The notes under the pieces were generated by a model that was not told the origin of the DNA, did not search any database, and saw only the letters and a program-made list of their open reading frames with translations. From the NCBI RefSeq assembly GCF_009914755.1, contig NC_060929.1: DNA of 64,000 nucleotides; one strand, 5' to 3'. Below, piece after piece: positions 24,940 through 40,029 of this stretch (position 1 is the first letter of the stretch; every line of letters starts with the position of its first letter). The position numbers and the translations under genes were made by a program. Source of the stretch: the human T2T-CHM13v2.0 reference genome, Homo sapiens.

Positions 24940-27900
24940 TCAACTCCCACTTATAAGTGAGAACATGCAGCGTTTGGTTTTCTGTTCCTGTGTTAGTTTG
25001 CTGAGAGTGATGGTTTCCAACTTCATCCATGTCCCTGCAAAGGACAAGAACTCATCCTTTTTTATGGCTGCATAGTATTCCATGGTGTATATGTGCCACA
25101 TTTTCTTTATCCAGTTTATCATTGATAAACTGGTTGGTTTCAAGTCTTTGTTATTGCAAATAGTGCTGTAATAAACATATGTGTGCATGTGTCTTTATAG
25201 TAGAATTATTTATAATCCTTTGGGTATATACCCAGTAATGGGATTGCTGGGTCAAATGGTATTTCTGGTTCTAGATCTTTGAGGAATCGCCACACTGTCT
25301 TCCACAATGGTTGAACTAATTTACACTCCCACCAAAAGAGTAAAAGCATTCCTGTTTCTCCACATCCTCTCCAGCATCTGTTGTTTCCTGACTTTTTAAT
25401 GATTGCCATCTAACTGGCGTGAGATGGTATCTCATTGTGGTTTTTGATTTGCATTTCTCTAATAACCAGTGTTGATAAGGTGTTTTTTCATATATTTGTT
25501 GGCCACATAAATGTCTTCTTTTGAGAAGTGTCTGTTCATATCCTTCACTCATGTTTTGATGGGGTTGTTTTTCTTCTTGTAAATGTGTTTAAGTTCCTTG
25601 TAGATTCTGGATATTAGCCCTTTGTCAGCTGGATAGAAAATTCTCTTCCATTCTGTAGGTTTCCTGTTCACTCTGATGATAGTTTCTTTTGCTGTGCAGA
25701 AGCTCTTTAGTTTAATTAGATCCCTTTTGTCACTACTGGCTTTTGTTGCCATTGCTTTTGGCATTTTAGTCATGAAGTCTTTGCCCATGCCTATGTCCTG
25801 AATGGCATTGCCTAGGTTTTCTTCTAGGTTTTTATAGTTTTAGGTCTTAAATTTAAGTCTTTAATCCATCTTGAGTTAATTTTTGTATAAGTTGTAAGAA
25901 AGGGGTCCAGTTTCAGTTTTCTGCATATGGCTAGCCAGTTTTCCCAACACCATTTATTAAATAGGGAATCCTTTCCCCATTTCTTGTTTTTGTCAGATTT
26001 ATCAAAGATCAGATGGTTGTGGATGTGCAGCATTATTTCTGATGCATCTGTTCTGTTCCATTGGTCTATATATCTGTTTTGGTACCAGTACCATGCTGTT
26101 TTGGTTACTGTAGCCTTGTGGTATAGTTTGAAGTCAGGTAGCATGATGCCTCCAGTTTTGTTCCTTTTGCTTAGGATTGTCTTGGCTATTTGGACTCTTT
26201 TTTGGTTCCATATGAAATTTAAAGTAGTTTTTTCTAATTCTGTGAGGAATGTCAATCATGGCTTGATGGGGATAGCATTGAATCTATAAATAACTTTGGG
26301 CAGTATGGCCATTTTCATGATATTGATTTTTCCTATCCATGAGCATGGAATGTTTTTCCATTTGTTTGTGTACTCTCTTATTTCCTTGAGCAGTTGTTTG
26401 TAGTTCTTCACATCCCTTGTGAGTTGTATTCCTGGGTATTTTATTATCTTTGTAGCAGTTGTGAATGGGAGTTCACTCATGATTTGTCTCTCTGCTTGTC
26501 TATTCTTGGTGTATAGGAATGCTTGTGATTTTTGCACATTGATTTTGTATCCTGAGACTTTGCTGAAGTTGCTTATCAGCTTAAGGAGATTTTGGGCTGA
26601 GACGATGGGGTTTTCTAAATATACAATCATGTCATCTGCAAACAGGGACAATTTGACTTCCTCTCTTCCTATTTGAATACTCTTTCTTTCTTTCTCTTGC
26701 CTGATTGCCCTGGCCAGAACGTCCAATACTATGTTGAATAGGAGTGGTGAGAGAGGGCATCCTTGTCTTGTGCCGGTTTTCAAAGAGAATGCTTCCAGTT
26801 TTTGCCCATTCTATATGATATTAGCTGTGGGTTTGTCATAAATAGCCCTTATTATTTTGAGATATGTTCCATCAACACCTAGTTTATTGAGAGCTTTTAG
26901 CATGAAGGGGTGTTGAATTTTATCAAAGGCCTTTTCTGCATCTCTTGAGATAATCAATCATGTGGTTTTTGTCATTGGTTCTGTTTATGTGATGGATTAT
27001 GTTTATTATTTTGCATATGTTGAACCAGCCTTGCATCCCAGGGATGAAGTCAACTTGATCGTGGTGGATAAGCTTTTTGATGTGCTGCTGGATTCTGTTT
27101 GCCAGTATTTTAATGAAGATTTTTGCATCGATCTTTATGAGGGATATTGGCCTGAAATTTTATTTTTTTGTGCCTCAATTTCAGAATTTATTATTGGTCT
27201 ATTCAGGGATTTGACTTCTTCCTGGTTTAGCCTTGGAAGGGTGTATGTGTCCAGGAATTTGTCCATTTCTTCTAGATTTTCTAGTTTATTTGCATAGAGG
27301 TGTTTATAGTATTCTCTGATGGTAGGTTGTTTTTCTGTGGGATCAATGGTGATATCCTCTTTATCATTTTTTATTGTGTCTATTTGATTCTTCTTTCTTT
27401 TCTTTTTTATTATTCTGGCTAGTGATCTATCTATTTTGTTAATCTCTTCAAAAAACCAGGTCCTGGATTCATTGATTTTTTTGAAGGGTTTTTCATGTCT
27501 CTATCTCCTTCAGTTCTGCTCTGATCTTAGTTATTTCTTGTCTTCTGGTAGCTTTTGAATTTGTTTGCTCTTGCTTCTCTAGTTCTTTTAATTGTGATGT
27601 TAGGGTGTTGACTTTAGATCTTTCCTGCTTTCTCCTGTGGGCATTTAGTGCTATACATTTCTCTCCAAACATTGCTTTAGCTGTGTCCCACAGATTCTGG
27701 TACATTGTGTCTTTGTTCTCATTGGTTTCAAAAAACTTATTTATTTCTGCCTTAATTTCGTTATTTACCCAGTAGTCATTCAGGAGCAGGTTGTTCAGTT
27801 TCCATGTAGTTGTGCGGTTTTGAGTAAGTTTCTTAATCCTGAGTTCTAATTTGATTGCACTGTGGTCTGAGAGACTGTTGTGATTTCCGTTCTTTTGCAT

Positions 27901-28583
27901 TCGGTGTGTAGTGTTTTACTTCCAATTATGTGGTCAATTTTAGAATAAGTGCGATGTGGTGCTGCTAAGAATGTATATTCTGTTGATTTGAAGTGGAGAG
28001 TTGTGTAGATGTCTGCTTGGTCCAAAGCTGAGTTCAAGTTCTGAGTTCTGTAGGTCTGCTTGGTCCAGAGCTGAGTTTAAGTCCTGAATATTCTTGTTAA
28101 TTTTCTGTCTCATTGTTCTGTCTAATATTGACAGTGGAGTGTCAAAGTCTCCCATTATTATTGTGTGAGAGTCTAAGTCTCTTTGTAGGTCTCTAAGAAC
28201 TTGCTTTATGAATCTGGGTGCTCCTGTATTGGGTGCATATATATGTAGAATAGTTAGCTCTGCTTGTTGCATTCATCCCTTTACCATTATGTAATGCCCT
28301 TCTTTGTCTTTTTTTATCTTTGTTGGTTTAAAGTCTGTTTTATGAGAGACTAGGATTGCAACCCCTGCTTTTTTTCTTTTCCTTTCCATTTGCTTGGTAA
28401 ATATTCCTCCATCCCTTTATTTTGAGCCTATGTGTGTCTTTGCACGTGAGATGGGTCTCCTGAATACAGCACAATGATGGATTTTGACTCTATCCAATTT
28501 GCCAGTCTGTGTCTTTTAATTGTGGCATTTAGCCCGTTTGCATTTAAGGTTAATATTGTTATGTGTTAATCTGATCCTGTCAT
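24940..28583 (-). pseudogene. Disrupted L1 ORF2
   Basis: IYAPNTGAPRFIKQVL (EN), [15 protein letters not shown] and LFADDMIVY (RT). Multiple frameshifts. Confidence 0.95.
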
Positions 28584-28646
28584 TATGATGCTAGTTGGTT
28601 ATTTTGCCTGTTAGTTGATGCAGTTTCTTCATAGTGTCGGTGGTCT

Positions 28647-29668
28647 TTATAGTTTGTTATGTTTTTGCAGTGGCTGGTACTGGTTTTTCCTTTATGTGTT
28701 TAGTGCTGCCTTCTGGAGCTCTTGTAAGGCAGGCCTGGTGGTGACAAAATCGCTCAGCATTTGCTTGTCTCTCAGGATTTTATTTCTTCTTTGCTAATGA
28801 AGCTTAGTTTGGCTGGATATGAAATTCTGGGCTGAAAATTCTTTTCTTTAAGAATGTTAAATATTGGCCCCCCACTCTATTCTGGCTTGTAGGGTTTCAG
28901 CAGACAAATCTGCTATTAGTTTAATGGGCTTCCCTTTGTGAGTAAACCGACCTTTCTCTCTGGCTGCCCTTAACATTTTTTTCTTCATTTCATCCTTGGT
29001 GAATCTGATGATTATGTGTCTTGGGGTTGCTCTTCTCGAGGAGTATCTTTGTGGTGTTCTCTGTATTTACTGATTTGAATATTGGCCTGTCTTGCTAGGT
29101 TGGGGAAGTTCTCCTGGATAATATCCTAAGAGTGTTTTCAAACTTGGTTCTATTCTCCCCAGCACTTTCAGGTACATCAATTAAACATAGGTTTGGTCTT
29201 TTCACATAGTCCCATATTTCTTGGAGGCTTTGTTCGTTCCTTTTCATTCTTTTTTTCTCTAATCTTGACGTCACACTTTATGTCATTAAGTTGATCTTCA
29301 ATCTCTGATATCCTTTCTTCTGCTTGATCGATTCAGCTATTGATACTTCTGTATGCTTCACGAAGGTCTCGTGCTGTGTTTTTCAGCTCCATCAGATCAT
29401 TTATGTTCTTCTCTAAAGTGGTTATTCTAGTTAGCAATTCCTCCAGCCTTTTTTCATTTTTAGCTTCCTTGCATTGGGTTAGAACATGCTCCTTTAGCTC
29501 AGAGGAGTTTGTTATTACCCACCTTCTGAAGCCTCCTTCTGTAAATTCGTCAAACTCATTCTCCATCCAGTTTTGTTCTCTTGCTGGCAAGGAGTTGTGA
29601 TCCTTTGCAGGAGAAAAGGTGTTCTGGTTTTTGGAATTTTCAGCCTTTTTGCACTGGTTTTTCCTCAT
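28647..29668 (-). pseudogene. Disrupted L1 ORF1
   Basis: Starts MRKNQCKKAENSKNQNTFSPAKDHNS; coiled-coil region, then stops and frameshifts. Confidence 0.92.
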
Positions 29669-30983
29669 CTTCATGGATTTATCTACCTTTGGTCTTTGAT
29701 GCTGGTGACCTTCGGATGGGGTTTTTGTGTGGATGTCCTTTTTGTTGATGTTGACGCTATTCCTTTCTGTTTGTTAGTTTTCCTTCTAACAGTCAGGCCC
29801 CTCTGCTGCAGGTCTGCTGGAGTTTGTTGGAGATCCACTCCAGACCCTGTTTACCTGGGTATCACCAGCGCAGGCTACAGAACAGCACAGATTGCTGCCT
29901 GTTCCTTCCTCTGGAAGCTTCGTCTCAGACGGGCACCCACCAGATGTCTGTTGACCCCTGCTGGAAGGTCTCTCCCACTCCGGAGGCACAGGGGTCAGGG
30001 ACCCACTTGAGGAGGCAGTCTGTCCCTTAGCAGAACTTGAGCACTGTGCTGGGAGATCTGCTGCTCTCTTCAGAGCCAGCAGGCAGGAACGTTTAAGTGT
30101 CCTGAAGCTGTGCCCACAGCTGCCCCTTCCCCCAGGTGCTCTGTCCCAGGGAGATGGGAGTTTTATCTATAAGTCCCTGACTGGGGCTGCTGCCTTTGTT
30201 TCAGAGATGCCCTGCTCAGAGAGGAGGAATCTAGAGAGACACTCTTGCTACAGCAACTTTGCCGAGCTGCAGTGGGCTCCACCCAGTTCAAACTTCCCAG
30301 CAGCTTTGTTTACACTGTGAGGGGGAAACTGCCTAATCAAGCCTCAGTAATGGCAGACGCCCCTCCCTGCACCAAGCTCAAGCATTCCAGGTGGACATCA
30401 GACTGCTGTGCTGGCAGCGAGAATTTCAACCCAGTGGGTCTTAGCTTGTTGGGCTCCGTGGGGGTGGGATCTGCTGAGCTAGACCACTTGGCTCCCTGGC
30501 TTCAGTGCCCCTTTCCAGGGGAGTGAACAGTTCTGTCTCGCTGGCATTCTAGGGGCTACTAGGGTATGAAAAAAACTCCTGCTGCTAGCTCAGTGTCTGC
30601 CCAAATGGCTGCCCAGTTTTTTGCTTGAAACCCAGGGCCCTGGTGGTGCAGGCACCCAAGGGAATCTCCTGGTCTGTGGGTTGCAAAGACCGTGGGGAAA
30701 GCATAGTATCTGTGCCGGAATGCCCCGTTCCTCACGGCACAGTCCCTCACAGCTTCCCTTGGCTAGGGGAGGGAGTTCCCTGACCCCTTGCGCTTCCCGG
30801 GTGAGGCGACACCCCACCCTGCTTCTGCTTGCCTTCTGTGGGCTGCACCCACTGTCTAACCAGTCCCAATGAGATGAGCTGGGTACTTTAGTTGGAAATG
30901 CAGAAATTATCTCCTTCTGCGTTGATCTCGCTGGGAGCTGCAGAGCAGAGCTGTTCCTATTCAGCCATCTTTCCAGACACCTC
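29669..30983 (-). promoter_or_regulatory. L1 5'UTR internal promoter region (CpG-decayed) with YY1 motif
   Basis: GC-rich L1 5'UTR; AAGATGGC on the minus strand at 30964-30971. Activity unknown. Confidence 0.6.
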
Positions 30984-31452
30984 AAGAAAAATTTTATATC
31001 ACTACCGCAAATAGAAAAACCAAATTATTTGCCATGAATGGAAAGTAACAGTAAATATAAACACGACAGAGTAAAAATAATAAAACATGGTAATATATTC
31101 TAGTAGTATATTTCCTGATGAAAACTTTTTACAGGGGTCTGCTCTACCTTGGCAAAATGAAAAATTAGAGAAATTTAGAGACAACACCAAACTGAGAGGT
31201 CCTCCTTGAGATAATCACAAAGATTAAATGTTGTTTAGGAGGAAATAACTTTGTCGTTATGTGATTCAATGCTAATTAATGCCATATCCATGAACATGAA
31301 ATCATGTCTCATGCTTCCTAATGTTATCTCAGGTATTGCCAGTGGTGACACATTTCTGGAAACACTGCTCAGTGGTATCACATGGAGTAGTAAACTGAGT
31401 CATACAACATTTTACTGGTAGTTATATTTAAATTTCTATTAAAAATGTTTTT

Positions 31453-31765
<313 letters not shown>

Positions 31766-32276
31766 TCATAGGAAATGCTGATTGAATTTCAAGTCTAAAA
31801 AACCAGATTAATTACTTGATTTGAATAATTTAGTGCTAATTTAAAAGTCTTTTAATTACAACCCGAGATGAATTTAGGAATCAAAGCCATCTGACTTGTG
31901 ATTATCCGTATCTTTTGTTAGGAGTTAGGTCTTATATTAATTGATTTTTGTCTTTCAAAGCATCTAGCATTGGTGACCCATGTCCAGGGATCTCATTGTG
32001 GTGGGGTGATGATTACTGACCAGGCTATGATCAGGTATAGAAAAACATTCACACTCTATGCTCTCAGGGTCTGGCCTCTGCTTGGCTCCATGTTGTACAG
32101 CTGAGAGTAGTGCAAGCTCTTCAATGATGAGATAGAATAAAAATATGTCTCAACAACTGAATTATCTGATTACCCAAAATGATTTCATATGGAAAAATAA
32201 TTACTACATATAGAGGACATTTCATTTCAGTGACTTGAAGGATACTGAATTATTTGAAATTATGGACTAGACACCC

Positions 32277-32610
32277 TGCTATGGTCTAATATATCCCCCT
32301 AAATTCATGTTGGAAACTTAATCCCCAATCTAGCAGTATTAGGAGGTGGGGCTTTGGGGGAAGTATTTATGTCATAAGGGTTTCACCGTTATGAATGGAT
32401 GAATGCCATTATAAAGGGGTTTGATGGAGGAAATTCATCCTTCTTGTGCCCTAAGCCTTCTACGATGTTAAGATACAGAAAGAAGACCCTCACTAGATAC
32501 CAGTGCCTTAATCATGAACTTCGTAGCCTCCAGAATAGTGAGAATTAAATCTCTATTCTTTGTAAATTATTGTTTCCAGTATTATGTTACAGTAACACAA
32601 AACAAAGACA
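32277..32610 (+). mobile_element. MaLR solo LTR (MSTC/MSTD-like)
   Basis: tgctatggtctaat...cctaaattcatgttggaaacttaatccccaat ... aagaca; TSD caccc/cactc. Confidence 0.85.
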
Positions 32611-32844
32611 CACTCTAATACTAACCCTTGACTGATTACTAAATTGCAGAAATCAGCTCTTTGGTTCAACATGTAATCAAGCCAACCCTGGAAGACATTG
32701 CCTTCTACCTCCAGGGCCAACACTGGTCAACCTTTCCCCACCTCATGCCTGCCTTCTACCCTTGTGGGTTAGTGAGTGTCTCCCTACCAAAAAAAAATAA
32801 TAATAATAAGCCGAATGAGTTAAGCATATAGAAGCCTGATTATA

Positions 32845-33023
32845 CTATGAAGAGCATTTACCTTTGAGTCAGAGACTCAAGTTTGAATAGTTACTTAACT
32901 TCACTGCTTAACAGCTATGAAGCCTGGGCGAAATCACTCAACACAGCCTGTTTCCTCTCTAAGAAATAAGGGATAATCATACTTTATTTATGAATTGTTA
33001 TGAGAGTTCAATTGAGTTAACAT
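32845..33023 (+). mobile_element. MIR SINE
   Basis: agcctgtttcctctctaagaaataagggataatcat. Confidence 0.7.
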
Positions 33024-33217
33024 TTCAGGTTAGTTGGATTTGACTAAATATTGGTTTAATTCATTTGTTCACTGATTAAAATTTTAATCATTCTCTAAAG
33101 TTCTTTCTTCTCTATTCTCTCACAATAATACTGTAAATAGCTCTGCTAAACTTGAGCTCTAAAAAGTACTTTTAAAAAATAAAGCATACAGTTAGGTTTA
33201 AATATTTTATGATTTAA

Positions 33218-33893
<676 letters not shown>

Positions 33894-34149
33894 TAATTTT
33901 TCTTGAGCTTTGAGAAAATATGATTTATGAGCAATAAACCAATAAAAAGGCTATGCAAAAGTAGATGATGTTTCAAAATACTTTTAAGCTAGACTTAAGT
34001 ACTTAATAAAATAGCTGAATTTATTCTTATATATAATATAAATCTCAGCAAACTGAATCTTTTCAATAAGAAAAGTAAAGGAAATATAGACTATTCCTAG
34101 CATAGTTCAGCTTAGTTGCTGGTTTGGAGAGATAGAAAAGAGTGCTTTA

Positions 34150-34457
34150 GGCCGGGCGGGGTGGCTCACGCCTGTAATCCCAGAACTTTGGAAGGCTGAG
34201 GCGGGTGGATCATGAGGTCAGGAGTTTGAGACCAGCCTGGCCAACATGGTGAAACCCCATCTCTACTAAAAATACAAAAATTAGCTGGGTATGGTAGCAG
34301 GTACCTGTAATCCCAGCCACTCAGGAGGCTGAGGCAGGAGAATAGCTTGAACCCGGGAGGCAGAGGTTGCAGTGAGCCGAGATCAAGCCACTGCACTACA
34401 GCCTGGGACAGGGCAAGACTCCATCTCAAAAAAAAAAAAAAAAACTGGAAAAAGAAA
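34150..34457 (+). mobile_element. AluS (AluSg-like) SINE
   Basis: Full dimer; TSD agaaaagagtgcttta on both sides. Confidence 0.97.
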
Positions 34458-34497
34458 GAAAAGAGTGCTTTAGGATTAGGATGTTGTTTGAATGTTT

Positions 34498-34533
34498 TAT
34501 ATATATATAGTGTGTGTGTGTGTGTGTGTGTGT
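34498..34533. repeat. (TA)n(TG)n microsatellite
   Basis: Seen directly. Confidence 0.9.
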
Positions 34534-34969
34534 CTGTATAAAATGGACCAAGCAATAAAGAACTTTTAGCCAAGTATACTTTTAAAACCAAGTAAAATTT
34601 AATGTCATAACTTAAGTTATATTATAGGTGTTATTCGTAATATTTGGTTTTCAGGCTGTTTTCAGAATAAAACAGGGAAAGATCAAGAAATCGGCCAGTG
34701 TCTCTTCTTTCTGTGTAAACAGGTCTTTGTAGATAACCGTGTTTATCAGAGTCTGATTTTACTTTTCTCTTTGTACTAAATCTTCTGTTTAAAAAGTCTT
34801 AAACCACCTCTGTGTTTGTTTGAATTCCAAAGTTGAATAAATATAGCTGTTATGCGTAAATAACCAAAGGAGTGTTTCTCAAATTGTGTTGTCATGATTG
34901 TTTTCATTAGAATCAGCTGGAATGACTGTTAAAAGGGTAATTTCCTGGGCTCCACCACCCCAGTGCTAC

Positions 34970-35621
34970 TGTAATAGAATAATGACCCTCAAATATGTCC
35001 ACATCCTAATCCCCAAAACCACAGCCTATGTTGTGTTACCTGGCAAAGGAGAATTAAAGTTGTGGATGGAATAAAGGTTGCTAATCGGCTGGCCTTAAAA
35101 TAGGGAGATTAAAGCTGGGCACAGTGGCTCACACCTGCAATCCCAACCCTTTGGGATGCGGAGGCAGGAAGATCACTGGAGCCTAGGAGTTAGAGACCAG
35201 CATGGGCAACATTGTGAGACCCTTCTACAAAAAATAACTAAATAAATTAAGGAGATTCACCTAGGTTATCCAGATGGATCCAATGTAATCAGAAGGGTCC
35301 TTAAAGTAGAATAGGAGGCAGAAGAGGAGAAACAGTCAGAGGAAAGTGTGGCTACAGAAGAAAGGCACAGAGATGCCATGTGGTGGCTTTCAAGGAGAAC
35401 GAGACCCATGAGCCAAAGAATGTGGGTGCCCTCTGGAAGCAAGAAAAGCGGTTCTCCTCTAGAGCCTTCAGAAAGGAACACAGCATTCCTGACACCGTGA
35501 TTTTAACCCAATGAGACCCGTTCGAACTTCTAACTACAGAAATGTAAGGTAATAAATTTGTGTTATTTAAGCCACTAAGTTTCTGGTAATTCATTAAAAC
35601 AGCAATAAGAAACTAAAAATA
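34970..35621 (+). mobile_element. MaLR solo LTR (MLT1D-like)
   Basis: agaataatgaccctcaaatatgtccacatcctaatcccc ... aagccactaagtttctggtaatt...agcaataagaaactaa. Confidence 0.88.
35113..35248 (+). mobile_element. FLAM/AluJ left monomer inside MLT1D
   Basis: Monomer with A-rich tail; ggagatt repeated on both sides. Confidence 0.88.
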
Positions 35622-36488
35622 TGCATCAAATCAAAATCTCTGAATATAAGATCAAGGAATGTGCCTTCTTATCAATTTCCCGGGTGAATCTTTTGTACTC
35701 TAACATTGGAAAACAACTGGTCTCGAGCAGTTTAAAAAAAAATTGAAGATATTTTAAAGGAAAGATAAATTTCTTACCTTTATAATGTAGGCAAAAAAAA
35801 AAAAAAAAAGAGGGACAAGATAGTCAGGCTTCTGTTTGGAAGACCTACAAAGCTGGGAAAGTTAAGAAATAGTTAAATACGTTAACTTCTTCAGTGATGT
35901 ATACTGAACACTGAACACTCCTTACAATGATTATTAAATTTTACAGTATAAGATATAGGTTCTTTATTCTTTATTCAAGTACTATAGGATCTAAAAGAGA
36001 GAAAAATTAATGTCAGCTGGAATACATTAATGATAGTTGGAAAAAGTGGATTTTCAATGGTAAGTGGAATTGAACACAAATGAAGTTTTAGTGAAGAAAT
36101 ATTTACAAAAGCAAAGATACCATGTAAAACCTAAAATGGTGCATTTTTGAAGGACCATGAAGCTAACCTGATTAACACGCGAAGCCATGAGGAGTTATGA
36201 GAAGTCAGTGGCTATCCTAGGAAATTCTGGAAAGTAAAGTTGGATGGTTAGTATGGACACTGATTATAGAAAGCTTTATAAGGCAAAGATTTTTGCCTAA
36301 ACTATGGACAAATTGTTATTGAATAGAATCCTGTTGGGTGTTTTTAAACATGGTTACCTGATAAAAAAGCAGTCTGTAAGAAAAACTGGTCTTGTGGTAC
36401 TATGTACAATAAATAAAGGAATGAACTAAAGTGACCACTTAGTCAGGATGCTTTAGGGTAACTTATGCTTACAGTGCCTAGGGCTAGA

Positions 36489-36785
<297 letters not shown>

Positions 36786-37180
36786 TACATTTTTTTTTAA
36801 TGACAGACGCTATATTAGAGGTGAAGATATCAATAACTCATATTTAGCTTAATATAAATACAAATGGATACATGTAGAAATAGGGATTTCTATATGTATC
36901 CATGGAATAGTGTACATATATATATTTTCTTTTTCATTTGAGAGGGCCTAAAAGAAACTATACCCCAATACCAATGGGCACACCCAGTGCCCAAATCTTG
37001 ATTGCAGAGACAATTCTCCAATAAAAGGAAACAGCAATCCTTGGAGAAATAATTGAGTCAAAACTGTGGCAATATGGTAGAATAATGTCCTTTCTCATCA
37101 AGAGGTCCACATTCTAATCCCCAGAAACTCTGAATATGTCATGTTAAATGGCAAAGAGGAATTAAGATAGCAGATAGATT

Positions 37181-37318
37181 ATTATTATTATTTATTTATT
37201 TAGAGAAAGGGTCTCACTTTGATGCTCAGGCTTGTCTCAAATTCCTGGCTTCATATAATCCTCCTGCCTTGGCCTCCCAAAGTGTTAGGATTACAGATGT
37301 GAGCCAACATACCCAGCT
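37181..37318 (-). mobile_element. FLAM/AluJ monomer
   Basis: TSD tagcaga(t/c)agatt. Confidence 0.88.
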
Positions 37319-37513
37319 CTAGCAGACAGATTGTAAGTTGCTAATCGGCTAGTTCTAATAGAGGGAAATTATTGTGGATTTTTTTTAGGTGGGTCAATAT
37401 AATCACAAGAGTCCTTAAGTGTAGAAGAGGGAGGCAGAAAAGGATAACCAGAGAGATGGCAGCATGAGAAAGAATCAACTTGATATTGCTGGCTTTGAAA
37501 ATGGAAGAATGGA

Positions 37514-37836
37514 GGCCATGTTGGTGGCTCACACCTGTAATCCCAGCACTTTGGGAAGCCAAAGTGGGAGGATTGCTTGAGCCCAGGAGTTCAAGATCAA
37601 TCTAGACAACATGGTGAAATCAAAAAAACAAAACAAAACAAAAAACTAGCTAGGCATGGTGGCATGCACCTGTATTCCCGGCTACTCGGGAGGCTGAGTG
37701 GGGAGGATAGTTTGAGCCCAGGAAGTCACGGCTGCAGTGAGCCGAGATTGCACCACTGCACTCCAGCCTGGGTGACAGAGCAAGACTCTGGAAAAAAAAA
37801 ATATATATATATATGAAAGGAAAGGAGAAAGAAAGG
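37514..37836 (+). mobile_element. AluJ SINE
   Basis: Dimer with composite tail; TSD gaaaatgga(a/g)gaatgg. Confidence 0.94.
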
Positions 37837-39569
37837 AAAATGGAGGAATGGGACCATGATCCAAGGATGTTAGAAGGCTCTAGAAGATGGAAAAGGTAAA
37901 AAAACAAAATTTCCCTTTCAGCCTCCAGAAAGAATGCAGGCCTTTGTATACCTCAATTTTAGCCCAGTGAGACCCATTTTGGAATTCTTACCATCAGAAT
38001 AACAAGATAATGAATTTGTGTTGTTTTAATCTACTAAGTTTATGGTAACTTGTTACAATAACAATAGGAAACCAATACAGACAGGAAATATACAAGATGA
38101 CCCTAGAGCATCTTATAGTGCCAGGATGTAAGGAAATGTTTAAAAGAAAAAAAAATGAGGTATGTCAAAGGAACATAGGAGCTGAGTGAAAGAGCTTCCA
38201 ATGGCTAGAGCTGGAACAATTTGAGGAATGAAGTAAATAACAGCATTGTATTATAACTCAAAGTATAATATAAATATCCCTGAGTTCACACTGATAAAAA
38301 TAAATAATTGAATAAATAGGCAAGAATAGACCAATTTCTATGTAAAAATTCAAGTAATTCCTAAAGAAACTCTGTTCTCAAAGAGGGGAGCATAACTACC
38401 CACTTCTTAAGTGTGGGCTGCATATAATAGCTTCCTTCCAAAGAATACAGTACAGAAAGGGAGAAAGAGAATAACTTTACGATGGAGAAATCTAACAAAC
38501 ACCACCTCAGCCAGGTAATCAAGGTTAACATTAGCAACAATAATCATGTTGACAGCATGCACTCCTGATACATGATGAGAATGGCACTTTATCTCTGTAG
38601 TCTTTCTCCCCAAAACTTATAACCCCAGTATAGTCATAAGAAAAACTACATACAAACCCACTGAAAGACATTCTAAAAAATACCTAACCAGTACTCCTTA
38701 AAACTCTAAAGGTCATCTATAACAAAGAAAATCTGGGAAACTATCACAGCCAAAAGAAGCTTAAGAAGACATTACAACTAAATGCAATGTAATATCCTGG
38801 GTAAGATTATGAAATAGAAAAGAAATTAGGTAAAAACCAAGGAGGTATGAATGAAGTATGAACTTTAGTTAATAATAATGCATCAGTGTTGTTTGATTAG
38901 TTCTGCCAGATATACCATACTAATGTTAAGATGCTAATAACAGGAAAAACTGCATGAAGGATAAAAGAGATTTCTCTATTCTCTTTGCAATTTTCGGTAA
39001 ATATAAATCCCTTAAATAAAAAAGTTTATTTTTAAAATGACAGAAATATTCTAGAGGAAGAAACATTTTATGCAAGATTTTAAAGGAAATAATAACTGGG
39101 TTAGTGATTAATTAGATAAAGCAGATGAAAACTAATGAATGAGTCATAGATTATGCCAAAGTTTTAGGCCTCTATTGTCAGGAGAATGTAATGCAGTGAC
39201 AAAGAGAAAGCTTGCTGGTGGTTGGGCAAATAAGTTTGGGACACAACAAATTTGAGACAAAAATGGATAATCCAAGTGTAAACATAATCAGCAGTTGGTG
39301 ATAAAGAATTGGATGTTGGGTGAACGTTTGTAAATGGAAATGTGGATGTAGATTTAGTCAATCAGTAAACATATATGGAATCACTACTTAAAGAGCTCTG
39401 TGTGGAGTAGGGAAAGGAAATGTATACTAAAATGCAAACCAAGGCATATGTCTATATAAAAATAACAAAAAACCGTGAATGTGCTTAAATAAGAACTATC
39501 TAAGAGTTCAGTAGACAGAGGCTCCTCCATGCACACTTTGTCTGTGTGAGTGAAATCAGTAATGAAAAG

Positions 39570-39952
39570 ATGATGATGTGTCCCCCCAAAATTCATATGC
39601 TGAGGCCTTAATTCCCAATATTGCTGTATCTGGAGGTGGGGCCTCTAAGAAGTAATTAAAGTTAGATGAGGTAAGGAGTATGGAGTCGTAATCTTCTAAG
39701 ATTAGTGTCTTCATAAGAAGAGACACCAGAAACCCCCCTTCCCCTTCCCTCACTGCAAGGTGCACACACCAAGAAAAAAGGCCGTGAGGTATATGGAGAA
39801 TGTAGCCAGGAAGGGAGACCTCCCCAGACACCAAAATGGCCAGAACCTTGATCTTGGAATTTCCAGCTTCCAGACTGAGAGAAAATTAATTTATGTTGTT
39901 TAAGCCACCCAGCCTGTGGTATTTTGTTTTTGCATCCTGACTGCCTAATACA
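39570..39952 (+). mobile_element. MaLR solo LTR (MLT1A-like)
   Basis: tgtgtccccccaaaattcatatgctga...tttaagccacccagcctgtggtattttg...taataca. Confidence 0.87.
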
Positions 39953-40029
39953 GATGGTTACCAGAGGGTAAACTGAAAAAATGTGAATAGTGAGAGCATA
40001 AAGTAAGACAAGGAAAAAGAAGCCTTCTT

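Larger units (their letters stand above)
24734..30983 (-). mobile_element. Near full-length L1PA7-like LINE-1 (inactive)
   Basis: 3'UTR, ORF2, ORF1 and ~1.3-kb 5'UTR present. TSD aagaaaaat at 24725-24733 and 30984-30992. About 193 bp of ORF2 deleted at 27170/27171. Confidence 0.96.
34870..35719. mobile_element. MER5A-like hAT-Charlie element split by an MLT1D (pieces 34870-34969 and 35622-35719)
   Basis: agtgtttctcaaa...attagaatcagctgg...ttcctgggctccacc then atcaaaatctctg...ggaaaacaactg. Confidence 0.65.
37073..38079 (+). mobile_element. MaLR solo LTR (MLT1D-like) carrying two Alu insertions
   Basis: tatggtagaataat...gtccacattctaatccccagaa ... caataggaaaccaataca. Confidence 0.88.
36812..39037 (+). 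mobile_element. L1MC3/L1MD-like 3' region (pieces 36812-37072 and 38080-39037)
   Basis: gagagggccta...ttctccaataaaaggaa...ccttggagaaat, cttaagtgtgggctgca, ends aaataaaaaagtttatt; aatgacaga on both flanks. Confidence 0.75.

Noticed and set aside
27160-27180. 193-bp gap in ORF2 of the full-length L1 (equivalent to 14317-14509) as a second splicing event
   Set aside because: The L1-sense start is GT (GCA|GTAATT) but the other end is not AG, and the junction has tg microhomology. An ordinary deletion fits better.
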